32,000 nt of DNA from Fibrobacterota bacterium (GCA_028287505.1 JAQBPN010000007.1:116120-148119), one strand, 5' to 3'; positions 1 through 10,091 are shown, counted from the first letter of the stretch. Numbers and translations: made by a program. Notes: a model not told the origin generated them from the sequence alone.

Positions 1-1321
1 CGGCTTGGCTGGAGAGAAGCTGCATCAAGGCCATCTCGGTATTTTCCTTGGCCATCAGGCTCATGCGATAGGCGTCCAGCAAAGTCATGAATTCGCTTTT
101 GCCGCCCTGGTAGGCGGAGAGGGTGGATTCAAGCGCCTGCCTGGCCTGCGGCACCAGCACCGCCTTGGAAAGGTGCGCCAGCTCTTTGCTGCTTTGCGCC
201 TTCAGCAAGGCTTGCTGCGCCCGGGCCAGGACCATGTTCCGCATGTCGGCGTATTCCTCCTCGGCCTGGCCCAGATTCGCTTTGCTCTGGACCACGCCCG
301 CTTTGTATTTCGGCAGGGACCACAGGGCCACGGGCACGTTCATGCTCACCGCCACGGACCAGTAGTCCTGCAATTCGCCTCCGTGCGTGCCCGCGGGCAT
401 CGCAAGCATGTCCTTGTAGGATCCTCCCACTATGAAGTCCGGCCAGTATTCCTTTCTGGCCATGGCCCCCTCCGCCTCCCGCATCTGAATGGAGGCTTTC
501 ATGGCCTTGAGGTCGGGATGCCCGGATTCCAGGATCGGTCGGATTTGATCGAGCGACCAATCCACGTCCGCCGGAACCAGCGAATCGGTTACCGGGATTG
601 CTTGCGCGGTTTTCCGGTCCACCAGGGCATTCAGCATGCCTTCCATGGCCTTGCGGGATTGCACCAGGGTGATGCTGTCGGTTTTCAAATGGGTCAGCTC
701 GGTCTGGGCGCGCAGGATATCCGCCTGGCGGCCCATGCCAACCTCGTATTGCCGGCGGGCGATCTCCAGCAGGCGGTTCATGAGCGCCTGATTCTGGCCG
801 TTGATTTCCATGCGCCGGTCCAGCAGGTAAAGCTCGTAATAATCCGTCTTGACCTCGCGGACCACCCTCCGCTTCAGCGCTTCCAGGCCGGACTCGCTCA
901 TTTCCGCGTGCTTGTGCTCGGCCTCGATCCGTGAGGCGGTTTTGCCGGGGAAAGGGAAGGACTGCTGGACTGAGTAGTCGATCTCCATTTGATCTTTGAT
1001 GGGATTGGGAAAGGACTTCACGGGAGCCTGGTAGAATTCCACGCCCACCTGCGGGGGCTCCAGATACCACGTATGGCCGGGAGAGGAGTGGAGGGATTTC
1101 ACCTGGAATTCCGCGGCTTTGATGCGCCGGTTGTTTTTCAGGGCCTGCGCCACCAACCCGGGCAGGGAGTCTCCCGCAATCGCCGAAGTCGCCGCAATCG
1201 CTGGAATAGCGGCGGTATCCGCCGGTGTTCCTTGCGCCATTTCATGGGCATGGGTCAAAACGATACCCAGCAGGAACGGCAATGCCAGGCAGGCTGCGGG
1301 ATGGGGATGATTCGGAAACAT
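1..1321 (-). CDS. TolC-family outer membrane efflux protein (CusC/CzcC-like), 3' end beyond window
   Basis: The minus-strand frame from ATG at 1321 is open to base 1: MFPNHPHPAACLALPFLLGIVLTHAHEMAQG...LVAQALKNNRRIKAAEFQ...DYYELYLLDRRMEINGQNQALMNRLLEIARRQYEVGMGRQADILRAQTEL...LLDAYRMSLMAKENTEMALMQLLSSQA. This has OEP helical repeat character. It is missing from the ORF track, presumably because there is no in-window stop. Confidence 0.85.
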   Translation of the reverse strand, partial: MFPNHPHPAACLALPFLLGIVLTHAHEMAQGTPADTAAIPAIAATSAIAGDSLPGLVAQALKNNRRIKAAEFQVKSLHSSPGHTWYLEPPQVGVEFYQAPVKSFPNPIKDQMEIDYSVQQSFPFPGKTASRIEAEHKHAEMSESGLEALKRRVVREVKTDYYELYLLDRRMEINGQNQALMNRLLEIARRQYEVGMGRQADILRAQTELTHLKTDSITLVQSRKAMEGMLNALVDRKTAQAIPVTDSLVPADVDWSLDQIRPILESGHPDLKAMKASIQMREAEGAMARKEYWPDFIVGGSYKDMLAMPAGTHGGELQDYWSVAVSMNVPVALWSLPKYKAGVVQSKANLGQAEEEYADMRNMVLARAQQALLKAQSSKELAHLSKAVLVPQARQALESTLSAYQGGKSEFMTLLDAYRMSLMAKENTEMALMQLLSSQA

Positions 1322-1489
1322 GTCCTACGTCCTTCGATTTGGAATCCACGAATGCTTGGGGAGGAATGATCGCGACGATTCCCGGGGCCTCCGAATCATC
1401 CGGGCCGCATGGAAAAATCCAGGCGCCGGATCGGAAGACCGGGAACGGGAATGCGCAAAACTCCCGGAACGGGAGTCCGCGCGGGGATT

Positions 1490-1999
1490 CTAAATGAGGA
1501 GGCGGAGCGTGGTCAGGTAGACTGGAGGACTGGCTCCGGTCTGGAGGCATTGCGGAACCGGGAAACCCGGCGCATCCAGGGAAACCATGGGAAGCAGCGC
1601 GACGACCAGGCCGGTCATGTCCGGCACCGGAACATGTTCGGAAACCATTTGCGGAAAGTTCTGGTTGGAATCCTGGATGCAGCATCCGCTCGGCATCGGG
1701 CCGGGCTTGCTTGCATCCTGATTGCCGGCGGAGGTTTTCGCCGGGGGGCAGCAGGAATGGGTCGCGGCCATCCCGGCATGCTTCGTCCAGGAAGATATGA
1801 TGAACTGCCCCAGGCGATGGTTCACCATGCAGCAGCTGAAAGCCTGGCTGGAGAAAAAGACGGCGATCAAAAGGGAGGCGAAAACACCCCGGTATTGATT
1901 CCTGCTAATCCACGACATAGCCATAATATACCATTGGTACCCGGAGGCCGGGCAAGGTTTCAAGATAACCGCGGTCTCCCAAAATGCCAAGGAAGCCAA
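1490..1999 (-). CDS. Small Cys-containing, probably secreted or membrane-anchored hypothetical protein in the copper cluster (true start may be 1924 or 1918)
   Basis: ORF with hydrophobic N-terminus FASLLIAVFFSSQAFSCC and paired cysteines (FSCC, HSCCPP, GCC). Sits between copA and the tolC-like gene on the same strand. Confidence 0.55.
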   Translation of the reverse strand: MASLAFWETAVILKPCPASGYQWYIMAMSWISRNQYRGVFASLLIAVFFSSQAFSCCMVNHRLGQFIISSWTKHAGMAATHSCCPPAKTSAGNQDASKPGPMPSGCCIQDSNQNFPQMVSEHVPVPDMTGLVVALLPMVSLDAPGFPVPQCLQTGASPPVYLTTLRLLI

Positions 2000-2036
2000 A
2001 ATGGCTCCCGTTTACGCTCCGGTTACCCCGTACCCC

Positions 2037-4343
2037 TCACCCCATATGGGGCGTTGGGCGGAATTTCTTCAGCCTCAGGCTGTTTCCCATCACGAACGCG
2101 CTGGACAAGCCCATGGCGGCTCCCGCCAGCACGGGATTCAGGTCCCACCCCAGCGGATGCAGGACGCCCGCGGCCACGGGTATCAGGACGATATTGTACG
2201 AGAAAGCCCAGAACAGATTGAGCCGGATGGTGCGCATCACGGCGCGCGCCAAGCCCAGGATGCGGGGCACGCCGCGCAGATCCCCCGACATCAGGACGAT
2301 GTCCCCGGCCGCGATGGCCACGTCGGAACCGCTCGCCAAGGCCAGCCCCGCGTCGGCCGAGGCGAGGGCGGGCGCATCGTTGATCCCGTCCCCGACGAAT
2401 GCGATCTTGCCGCCTTCCCCTTCTTTTCCGCCCGCCCGTAACGCGCCGATGACCTCCGCTTTCCCGCCGGGGGGCAGCCCCGCCCGGACATCCCCGATTC
2501 CCAGGGATCCGCCCACCGCACGGGCGGTCGCTTCCTGATCCCCGGTCAGGATCAGCAGTCGCATGCCCATCGCCCGCAAACTCTCCACGGCCTCGCGCGC
2601 TTCCGGCTTGATCGGATCTGCCACGGCCGCCAGGCCCACGCAGCGGCCGTCCACGGCGATATGGATCAGCCCCGCCCCTTCCGCCCCCAATCGCGCCGCG
2701 TCCGCGGCGAAACCGTCGTAAGCGGCGCCCCAGGCCTCCATCAGGCGCGGCGAGCCCACCGCCACCTTATGTCCGGCGATTTCCCCTTCCACGCCCAACC
2801 CCGGCAGGGAGCGGAACGAAGTCGGTACCGCGGGCGCCACGCCTTGCCGGCGGGCGTATTCCACCAGGGCCCGGGCCAGGGGATGGCCGCTGCGCGCCTC
2901 CAGGGCCGCTCCCAGGGCCAGCAGCTTTTCCTCCGGCCAGCCGGGCGCCGCCGAGAACCAGGTAACTTCCGGGTTTCCCTGGGTCAGGGTCCCGGTCTTG
3001 TCCAGCGCCAGGCAACGGGATTCCGCCAGGGCCTGCAGGGCGGCCCCGTCCCGGACCACGGCGCCCAGTTCCGCGGCCCGGCCGGTGCCGGCCAGGATGG
3101 CGGCGGGCGTAGCCAGGCCCATGGCGCAGGGGCAGGCGATCACCAATACCGCCACCATATGGATCAGGGCCGTGGAAAAAGCCGGCGCCGCCCCCAGCAG
3201 CAGCCAGCCCGCGAAGGTCAGCGCCGCCACGGCTAGCACCACGGGCGTGAAAATCCGCACCACCTTGTCGGCCGCGTCCTGGATGGGCGGACGCGCCGCC
3301 TGCGCCCCTTCCACCAGGCGGATGATGTTGGCCAGCACCGTGTCGGCTCCCACTTTTTCCGCGCGGAAGGTGAAATACCCGTCGCCGTTGAGGGTGCCCC
3401 CCGTAACGCGGTCCCCGGCCCGTTTGGATTTGGGAACCGCTTCCCCCGTGAGCATGCTTTCGTCCACGCGGCTTTCTCCGGAGAGGACCACGCCGTCCAC
3501 GGGCACGCCGTCCCCGGGCCTGACCGCCAGCTCATCGCCCGGGATCACGGCGGCGATCTCCACGTCCATCTCGGCGCCGCGCCGCAGCAGGCGGGCCCGG
3601 GAAGGCTTGAGTCCCAGCAGCCGTTCGATGGCCTGCGCGCCCCGGCCCTTGGCCTTGGCTTCCAGGAATTTCCCGGACAGCACCAGGGCGATGACCACGG
3701 CGGCCGCTTCGAAATAGACATCGCGCGCCCCGGGAGGGAACACGGCGGGAACCAGGGTGGCCGCGGCGCTGGACAGGTAGGCGGACCAGGTTCCGATCAT
3801 GACCAGGGAATTCATGTCCGGGCTCCGGTCCTTGAGCGCGCGCCAGCCCCGGCGCGCGAACCTCCGGCCGGGACCGAACATCACCGGGGTGGCCAGCGCC
3901 ATCTGCAACAGGTTCCAGAATCCCGGCGCGGGATTGATGCGCATGCGCCAATCCATCAAAACCGGAACCATCATGGGCAGCATGGACAGGAGCAGCACGG
4001 GGATGCCGAAGAGCAGGGCCAAGGTCAGATCCCGCTTCAATACTTCCAACTCGCCGGCGCCGACGGGACCGTCCTTGAGCGCCACCGGCCCGTATCCGGC
4101 TTCCCGCACTTGCCGGAACAGCTTCTCCTCGTCCACCAGGGCCGGATCGAAACTCACGTCCGCCCGGGAGGTGGCCAGGTTCACGCGCGCGTCGGACACG
4201 CCCGGCAGCTTGCGGAGGGCCCGCTCCACGCGCCCCACGCAATTGGCGCACGTCATCCCCTCCACGCCGAAACCGGCATGGCCTTCCGCGGCCCCGGCAG
4301 GCGCTCCCGACGGGCCGTTTTCTTCAGCGGTACTTGAGGACAT
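2037..4343 (-). CDS. copA: Copper-translocating P-type ATPase
   Basis: HMA motif [28 protein letters not shown] (CPC metal site), DKTGTLTQG phosphorylation motif, [11 protein letters not shown]; full length 768 aa. Confidence 0.95.
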   Translation of the reverse strand: MSSSTAEENGPSGAPAGAAEGHAGFGVEGMTCANCVGRVERALRKLPGVSDARVNLATSRADVSFDPALVDEEKLFRQVREAGYGPVALKDGPVGAGELEVLKRDLTLALLFGIPVLLLSMLPMMVPVLMDWRMRINPAPGFWNLLQMALATPVMFGPGRRFARRGWRALKDRSPDMNSLVMIGTWSAYLSSAAATLVPAVFPPGARDVYFEAAAVVIALVLSGKFLEAKAKGRGAQAIERLLGLKPSRARLLRRGAEMDVEIAAVIPGDELAVRPGDGVPVDGVVLSGESRVDESMLTGEAVPKSKRAGDRVTGGTLNGDGYFTFRAEKVGADTVLANIIRLVEGAQAARPPIQDAADKVVRIFTPVVLAVAALTFAGWLLLGAAPAFSTALIHMVAVLVIACPCAMGLATPAAILAGTGRAAELGAVVRDGAALQALAESRCLALDKTGTLTQGNPEVTWFSAAPGWPEEKLLALGAALEARSGHPLARALVEYARRQGVAPAVPTSFRSLPGLGVEGEIAGHKVAVGSPRLMEAWGAAYDGFAADAARLGAEGAGLIHIAVDGRCVGLAAVADPIKPEAREAVESLRAMGMRLLILTGDQEATARAVGGSLGIGDVRAGLPPGGKAEVIGALRAGGKEGEGGKIAFVGDGINDAPALASADAGLALASGSDVAIAAGDIVLMSGDLRGVPRILGLARAVMRTIRLNLFWAFSYNIVLIPVAAGVLHPLGWDLNPVLAGAAMGLSSAFVMGNSLRLKKFRPTPHMG

Positions 4344-4614
4344 CCATCAGTTCCTTTATCAATTCCTTTTCATCTCCGCGCGCTTGCGCCGTGGCCACGT
4401 GGTTCTGCAGATGGCCTTCCAGGACCACGTCGTTCGCCCTGTCCAGGCCGCCCACCACGGCCTTGATCTGCCGCATCACGTCCACGCAGTAGGTGTCCTC
4501 TTTTTCGAGCATGCGCAGCACGCCTTCCAGATGGCCTTTGGCGGTGAGCAGCCGCTTGGCCGCGGCCTCGCGGGTTTCCGCCGGCATGCAAAGGTGTTTG
4601 TCGTGTTTATGCAT
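4324..4614 (-). CDS. csoR: CsoR/FrmR-family metal-sensing transcriptional repressor
   Basis: 96 aa, [54 protein letters not shown]. Typical CsoR Cys/His ligand spacing. Overlaps the copA start. Confidence 0.88.
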   Translation of the reverse strand: MHKHDKHLCMPAETREAAAKRLLTAKGHLEGVLRMLEKEDTYCVDVMRQIKAVVGGLDRANDVVLEGHLQNHVATAQARGDEKELIKELMDVLKYR

Positions 4615-4629
4615 CGGGCCCTCGCTGAA

Positions 4630-4656
4630 ATACCCCTCCCCCCCTGGGGTGGGTAT
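4630..4656. promoter_or_regulatory. Putative CsoR operator upstream of csoR-copA
   Basis: ATACCCCTCCCCCCCTGGGGTGGGTAT: near-palindromic ATACCC(C/A)-type arms around a C/G-rich core, 16 nt upstream of the csoR start. Confidence 0.6.
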
Positions 4657-4775
4657 GCATCAAGATATCCGAAAAGCCGGGAAAAAGCAACCCCGGCGGA
4701 ATTTGCCCGGAAATAGCCGAAAGGGAAGACTGAAACCCCGTTTCGGGGCCCGGGTGGGATTACTAATTTTCGGAG

Positions 4776-4970
4776 ATGTTCGACCGCATCATGGAAAATT
4801 CCATGGCTCTTTGGATGCTGGTCTCGGCGTTGTTCCCGGTATTCTGCCTCGGTACCCTCATCAAGGCCGTGCTGCATTTCCGGAGGACGCGGGAGTTGCT
4901 GGAATACGTTCCCGGGCCTCCCGTCTCCCAACCCAGATTCAAACCGGACGACTGGGTCCCCAGTCCCTGA
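4776..4970 (+). CDS. Small (64 aa) putative membrane protein
   Basis: MFDRIMENSMALWMLVSALFPVFCLGTLIKAVLHFRRTRELLEYVPGPP...: one hydrophobic helix followed by a basic segment. In the divergent gap between csoR and the 4980..6065 gene. Confidence 0.45.
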   Translation: MFDRIMENSMALWMLVSALFPVFCLGTLIKAVLHFRRTRELLEYVPGPPVSQPRFKPDDWVPSP

Positions 4971-4979
4971 TCCCCCGGG

Positions 4980-6065
4980 TCAGGCCGCAGCGGACCTTCC
5001 GGCCCTTCGCCAAAACCGCTCCCGCCCCACCGTCCACGCATAGCAGATGACGATCAGGGCCCCAATGGCCGCATCGCCCTGCCAGGCCTTTCCCAAGGGA
5101 CGCATTCCGCCCTTCAGCACCAGCATGGCAAGCAGGGACAAATGCAGGATGTACACGTCCAGGCTGTGCCGGCCCATGGGCAGCAGCCAGCGCGCGGTTC
5201 TTTCCAGGGGACGGCGCAGCAAGGCCAGGATGGCGTAGGCCAGGACCACCAGGGAAGCGATCATGGGCACCAGGATGGGCCGGAGATTGTAATAGGGAAT
5301 GCTTTTCTCCACGCGGACATTGTCGTTCATGCGGGCCACGATGCGCGCGGTTTCGTAGCGGCCCAGGGGTTTGGAAAAGATGTCGGCGAAAGGGTGGCGG
5401 CCCAGGAGGATCGCCAGCGTCAGTAACGCCACGGTTACCAGGCCCGCGCGCGCGGGGCGGTTCCCGGATTCCAGCGCCAGGGCCCCCAGAGCGCCCAGGC
5501 AGGCGAACAGGAACAACGGCAGCAAGGGACTGTTTCCGCCGTTGAGCACGAATACCTTCAAGCCCCGCGCGTCCAGCCACGCTTCCAGGCCCAGCAGCGC
5601 CGCGCACACCGCCAGCAGGATGGGAATGGGCCGGGACGCGCTCACCAGCAGCATGCCGGCGAGGATGGTATAGGCGATGGTGGCGAGGATGCCGCTCATG
5701 GTCACGGCGTCCGGCAGATGGAAACCCTCCTCCAGGGAATAGAACACGCAGGAGAGGATCCAGAGCATAGCCGCACGGACCATCTGTTTGCGGTACCAGA
5801 GGGCGCGCCCGCCCGGCCGGTTCCGGAAGGATTGCCAAGAGTGGGCCAGGGACGTGCCGACCAGAATCAGGAACAGGGACGCGGTGAGCGGTTCGATGAG
5901 CAGGGAGAAACGGCTCCATCCCCGGCGCTCGTCCCAGGAGATGAGGCGGGTGGTATGGGAAGCCATCATCAGCAGCACCGCGATCATGCGCAGGGCGTCC
6001 AAGGCCACGTCGCGCCGGCGAGGGGTGGCGGAAGGTTGCGGTTCCGTTTCCGGCATGGGTGGCAA
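4980..6065 (-). CDS. Polytopic membrane protein resembling heparan-alpha-glucosaminide N-acetyltransferase/acyltransferase families
   Basis: 361 aa, DVALDALRMIAVLLMMASHTTRLISWDE...EPLTASLFLILVGTSLAHSW...LPMGRHSLDVYILHLSLLAML, multiple TM helices. Confidence 0.65.
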   Translation of the reverse strand: MPPMPETEPQPSATPRRRDVALDALRMIAVLLMMASHTTRLISWDERRGWSRFSLLIEPLTASLFLILVGTSLAHSWQSFRNRPGGRALWYRKQMVRAAMLWILSCVFYSLEEGFHLPDAVTMSGILATIAYTILAGMLLVSASRPIPILLAVCAALLGLEAWLDARGLKVFVLNGGNSPLLPLFLFACLGALGALALESGNRPARAGLVTVALLTLAILLGRHPFADIFSKPLGRYETARIVARMNDNVRVEKSIPYYNLRPILVPMIASLVVLAYAILALLRRPLERTARWLLPMGRHSLDVYILHLSLLAMLVLKGGMRPLGKAWQGDAAIGALIVICYAWTVGRERFWRRAGRSAAA

Positions 6066-6090
6066 GGTAGAATTTACGGAGACGCGGCGA

Positions 6091-8484
6091 TCAGAAGGCT
6101 TCGGGCTTGCCTGAGGCCAGGAAGCGGGAAATCCCGGACAGGTATTCCTTGGAAGTGCTGTAGCGGGTGAAACCCCACTTGCGGTTCCCGGTTTCGATCA
6201 CGGGCAGGTTCAGGGTATCGCCGGGATGGACTTCGTTCAGGGCCTTGCCGGGATTGTGCTTTTGCAGCAGCCAGAACGGGATTTCCCGCTCCAGCGCCCA
6301 GTTCCACAGGTTCATGCCTTTTTCCACCCGCAGGGGTTCGGTGACGGAGACATAGTAGTTGCTGTAGAAATCCTCTTCGATGGCGCGGTAATATTCCTCC
6401 CGCCGTTTCACGAATTCCCCGGCCTTGTCCTCCGCCAGGGGGATGCGGATTTTCCGCCCCATGCGGAAGTCCCGCGGGTTGCGGATTTTGTTCAGGTTGC
6501 GCAGCGTCTTCTCCGGCACCCAGGCCCATTCGGAATAGTGGGACAGGGTTTCCTCCGTGCCCGCCTGGATGGACAGGTTGCCGTCCGCGTAGGTGTACTC
6601 CAGATTATAGATGGCCGGATTGAAGCGATCCATGGGATGGGCCAGCTTGTCCATGTCCGAGGCCTGCAACGATAAGGTCGAATCCATCACGCGCTCTTCG
6701 GCGGGAACCGGTGAGGCGGAAATCGCGGGGGTTACCGGAGCGAGGACCGCAGGCGCGGGCGTTGGCGCAATGGCTTTCACGGCCGCGGCCTGGGGAACCG
6801 ATGCCGGCTTGGCGGGCGTCAGCGAAGCCACGGGCCCGATGGCTTGGGGAAGCGAGGGGCTGCCGCTCCCGGAAGCCTTCAGGGCCGCCGCCTTGTCCTT
6901 GGCCGAAGCCGCCGCCACCGGTTGGTTCACCGCGGGAGGAACGGATGGGGGCGCTGGGGCGGGAGCGCCGGCCGCGCTGATCGAGGCTTGGGGTTTCACG
7001 GTCACGGCGGCTTTCTTTTCCCCGATCCGGCGCTTGGGCTTTTCCGGCTTGACCGAAGCCAGAGCGTTCTCATCCGCATTGCCGACCTTGTCCTGGGTCA
7101 TGGAGAGAGGCAAGGTCGCATCGGGCAAAGAATCGGTCACGGCCGCCGCGGCCGCCGAAGTCCCCGCGCCTTCCGCCATCGCCACCGCCACCGGAGCCTC
7201 GACTGTCTTGCCGCCGGAAGCGGCCGCGATGGTCCCCGGTTTTGTCGCGCGGGAAGCGATTTCCACGCCGCCCAGCCTGGCCGCCAGCGAAGACGCATCC
7301 AGCGCCAGGGGCAACCGCAGGGAGAATCCCTTGGGCAACTGCCCGTTGCCGCGGAAGGTCGCGGGCCTCAGCGCCAGATTGTATTCCTCCAGATCCTCGG
7401 GTGACAGGCCGGTTACCGTGCACAGATAGCGCGTGCCCATGGGCTTGGACAGCACCAGGTAGCGGAACTGCAAGGGTTCCATCTTGCGCAGTTCCGGGAA
7501 CAGGGAGTCGGCCTTGAGAGCGATGCTGGACGCGGCCAGGAATTCCGCGTAGAAATTCTTGGAGGCGAAGCCGAAGGAGTTGGAGTAGTAGCTCTTGATG
7601 ATGGTGCCCAGGTCCCGGGTGCCGGCCTGTTTCACCGCATTCGCCACCCCTCCGGGCCCGTGATTGTAGGCCACGATGGCCAGCGGCCAGCTCTTGAGGG
7701 ATGCGAAGTTCCCGGACAGCATGCGGGCGGCCGCCAGCGTCGAAGCCTGGGGATCGCGCCGCTCGTCCACCTGGTACCCCACCTTCACCTTGTACCGGCG
7801 CGCCGAGGACTTCATGAATTGCCACATGCCCGCCGCGCCTACCTTGGAGTAGGCGAAAGGATAGAAGGAGGATTCCACGTGGGGCAGGAACTTCAAGCGC
7901 GAGGGAACGCCCTGCTCGGCGAAGATGGAATCGATGAGGGGAAGATAGCGGTAGGATCGTTCCAGGCCGGCGCGGTACTTTCCCTTGAGACCGCGCTGGA
8001 AGCGCAATCGCTGCGCGGAAAGCATGATGCCGGTGCTGTCCCAGAAAGACGGAAAGGTCGCCTTCAGCTCCCGTTCCTGGGTTGTCCAGGCGGCGCTGTC
8101 CTTGGAGAGCATCACGCGGATCTCTTCCTGCAAGGCGTGCACGTGGCCCTCCACCACCTTGGAAGTCGCGCGGCCCTGGCCGGGAGCCTGCACTTTGCGG
8201 AAGACCAGATCCGGGTAGAAGGGATCGTGGATCAGGCCTTCGTCGTCCCCCACCTCCACATAGATGGCGAACCAGAAGCGGGCCTGGTCCAGGATGAATT
8301 CGTCCGCCGGAAAGGTGGCATCGGTGACGATGGGATAATGCTTTCCTTCGAAATACCCGGATGCCAAGGCCCCGCATGGCGCGGAGGCGAGGATCATTCC
8401 CGTGAGCAAAAGACCCGGGAAAGGAAAGCGGGGCTTCGGAACCGGACCGGAGAACGGGCGTTTTCCTCGAAAGAAATCGGGCAT
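6091..8484 (-). CDS. Large lytic transglycosylase (MltD/SLT-like catalytic domain) with C-terminal LysM-like segments
   Basis: VPSRLKFLPHVESSFYPFAYSKVGAAGMWQFMKSSARRYKVKVGYQVDERRDPQASTLAAARML is the SLT/MltD signature (catalytic E, GMWQFM). The long Ala/Pro linker and C-terminal NKIRNPRDFRMGRKIRIPL / NPGKALNEVHPGDTLNLP segments are LysM-like. Confidence 0.82.
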   Translation of the reverse strand: MPDFFRGKRPFSGPVPKPRFPFPGLLLTGMILASAPCGALASGYFEGKHYPIVTDATFPADEFILDQARFWFAIYVEVGDDEGLIHDPFYPDLVFRKVQAPGQGRATSKVVEGHVHALQEEIRVMLSKDSAAWTTQERELKATFPSFWDSTGIMLSAQRLRFQRGLKGKYRAGLERSYRYLPLIDSIFAEQGVPSRLKFLPHVESSFYPFAYSKVGAAGMWQFMKSSARRYKVKVGYQVDERRDPQASTLAAARMLSGNFASLKSWPLAIVAYNHGPGGVANAVKQAGTRDLGTIIKSYYSNSFGFASKNFYAEFLAASSIALKADSLFPELRKMEPLQFRYLVLSKPMGTRYLCTVTGLSPEDLEEYNLALRPATFRGNGQLPKGFSLRLPLALDASSLAARLGGVEIASRATKPGTIAAASGGKTVEAPVAVAMAEGAGTSAAAAAVTDSLPDATLPLSMTQDKVGNADENALASVKPEKPKRRIGEKKAAVTVKPQASISAAGAPAPAPPSVPPAVNQPVAAASAKDKAAALKASGSGSPSLPQAIGPVASLTPAKPASVPQAAAVKAIAPTPAPAVLAPVTPAISASPVPAEERVMDSTLSLQASDMDKLAHPMDRFNPAIYNLEYTYADGNLSIQAGTEETLSHYSEWAWVPEKTLRNLNKIRNPRDFRMGRKIRIPLAEDKAGEFVKRREEYYRAIEEDFYSNYYVSVTEPLRVEKGMNLWNWALEREIPFWLLQKHNPGKALNEVHPGDTLNLPVIETGNRKWGFTRYSTSKEYLSGISRFLASGKPEAF

Positions 8485-8758
8485 TGTGAGTCCAGGAAAA
8501 AAGGAGTCTTCAAACTAAAAAACCAGGGCGGTCGGCACGAGACTTAAGCCGGCGACTCAGGGTCCATTATATCCGTCTGCGGGACGGATCTGCAAGCCGG
8601 GCAAACCGCTTCAGTCGACGGCTCGTAAGATATGCCGCAATCGGTCCTGGAATCCCCGTTCATGGCCGCTTAGGCAACGGTGGAATCGGACCGGGTGGAA
8701 ATGAAAAGCCCCGCTGGGAGCGGGGCTTGGTTCAGTCATTCGACATCGGGGACGGAAC

Positions 8759-9973
8759 CTAGGGGACTTTGGCCCCAGGCGGCTCTTTTTCATCCTCTTC
8801 ATCGTCGTCATCCTCTTCTTCATCCACTTCCGGTTCGCCTTCGGCCGCGGGTTCACCCTCTTTTTTCATCAGGGTGGGATGGAAATCGATCTTGCGGGCT
8901 TCTTTGGTCTCGCCCAAATGGAGGATTTCCGCGCAATCATCGCAATAGCCGAGTTCCTTGTCGATGGTGAAACGCTCGGAGACGTGATTGATGCCGCATT
9001 TGGTGCAAAGCTGGGGACGCAGCATGTTGCGCTTGAAGATGTGCTGATGCTCCAGCTCGCGTTCGATGCGCTCGACCAGTTCCTCGGGGCTTTCCTCGCC
9101 CCCGCTGCCGCGGCGGCGATTCTGGATATCCGCCGGGATGGGGGAAGCGGTGGTCTTGTCGCCGCGTTTGATGATGCGCTCGGCGCCGGCGGCCACTTCA
9201 TGGAAAAAGGATTTGTTGATTTTCTTGACCACGACCTTCGCGTCGGCGGGAAGGTTCTTGAGCTGCTGCTTGGCAACGGCGTCCTTGACGGCGGAAAGGG
9301 CCTTGGTGGGCGGAACCTTGTCCTTGGCGGCGGCGCGCGCAGCGGTGGCGGCAAGGCTGCGCTGGGCTTTTTCCATCGGGCCTTTGGCCGGAGCCAGCTT
9401 GGGCACCTTGGGTACCTTCGGGATTTTCGGCGCGGCAGGGGGCTTGGGCGGCTTTACCGCCTTGGGTGCGGCCGGCAATTTGGCCGGAGCCGCGGCTTTG
9501 GCGGGAGGCGCAACCTTGGCGGGCTTTGCGATCACCGCGCCGGCCTTGGTCTCATCCTTTTTCCCCTTTACGGGAATGGCAGCCACGGCCTTCTTAGGGG
9601 CCTCGGCTTTTTTCGCCGCCTCGGGCTTTTTCTTGGTGGGAGCGGCAACGGCCTTGGTGGCATTGGCTCCCTTGGGAGCCGGCATGGGCTTGACCGCGGC
9701 CTTCTTGGCCGGAGCGACCGCCTTAGCGGGAACGGGTTTTTTGGCGACGGACTTTGCGGTTGCCGCGGCCGGTTTGGCGGAGGCGGTAACCTTGGAAGGC
9801 TTTTGCTTGGAGTTGTTTTTGGCGGATCCCTGCTTCACATCTTCCTTTTTGGCTGCTCTCGGCGCGCTACCCTTGGCATTGTTAGTAGACCATTTCTGGC
9901 TCACGGCCCCTAGGGCCGTTCGCGGCTTTAGCGCTGCTTTGCCTGATTTGGCATTTTTTTTCGCCGATGCCAT
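8759..9973 (-). CDS. Lys/Ala/Pro-rich histone H1-like protein with C-terminal DksA/TraR-type four-Cys zinc motif and acidic tail
   Basis: N-terminal ~230 aa low-complexity K/A/P repeats; C-terminal LCTKCGINHVSERFTIDKELGYCDDCAEIL; then EVDEEEDDDDEEDEKE. Confidence 0.8.
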   Translation of the reverse strand: MASAKKNAKSGKAALKPRTALGAVSQKWSTNNAKGSAPRAAKKEDVKQGSAKNNSKQKPSKVTASAKPAAATAKSVAKKPVPAKAVAPAKKAAVKPMPAPKGANATKAVAAPTKKKPEAAKKAEAPKKAVAAIPVKGKKDETKAGAVIAKPAKVAPPAKAAAPAKLPAAPKAVKPPKPPAAPKIPKVPKVPKLAPAKGPMEKAQRSLAATAARAAAKDKVPPTKALSAVKDAVAKQQLKNLPADAKVVVKKINKSFFHEVAAGAERIIKRGDKTTASPIPADIQNRRRGSGGEESPEELVERIERELEHQHIFKRNMLRPQLCTKCGINHVSERFTIDKELGYCDDCAEILHLGETKEARKIDFHPTLMKKEGEPAAEGEPEVDEEEDDDDEEDEKEPPGAKVP

Positions 9974-10091
9974 AAGTTGGATCCACTCCCTTTAAAAGAG
10001 GCGCAAAAGTGCGAAGGCTCCTGAAAAGGTAGTATGCAAACACGCTATTTTGGGCGTTTGCGCAATCGACGGTCCCCGATGGGGGAAAAAC

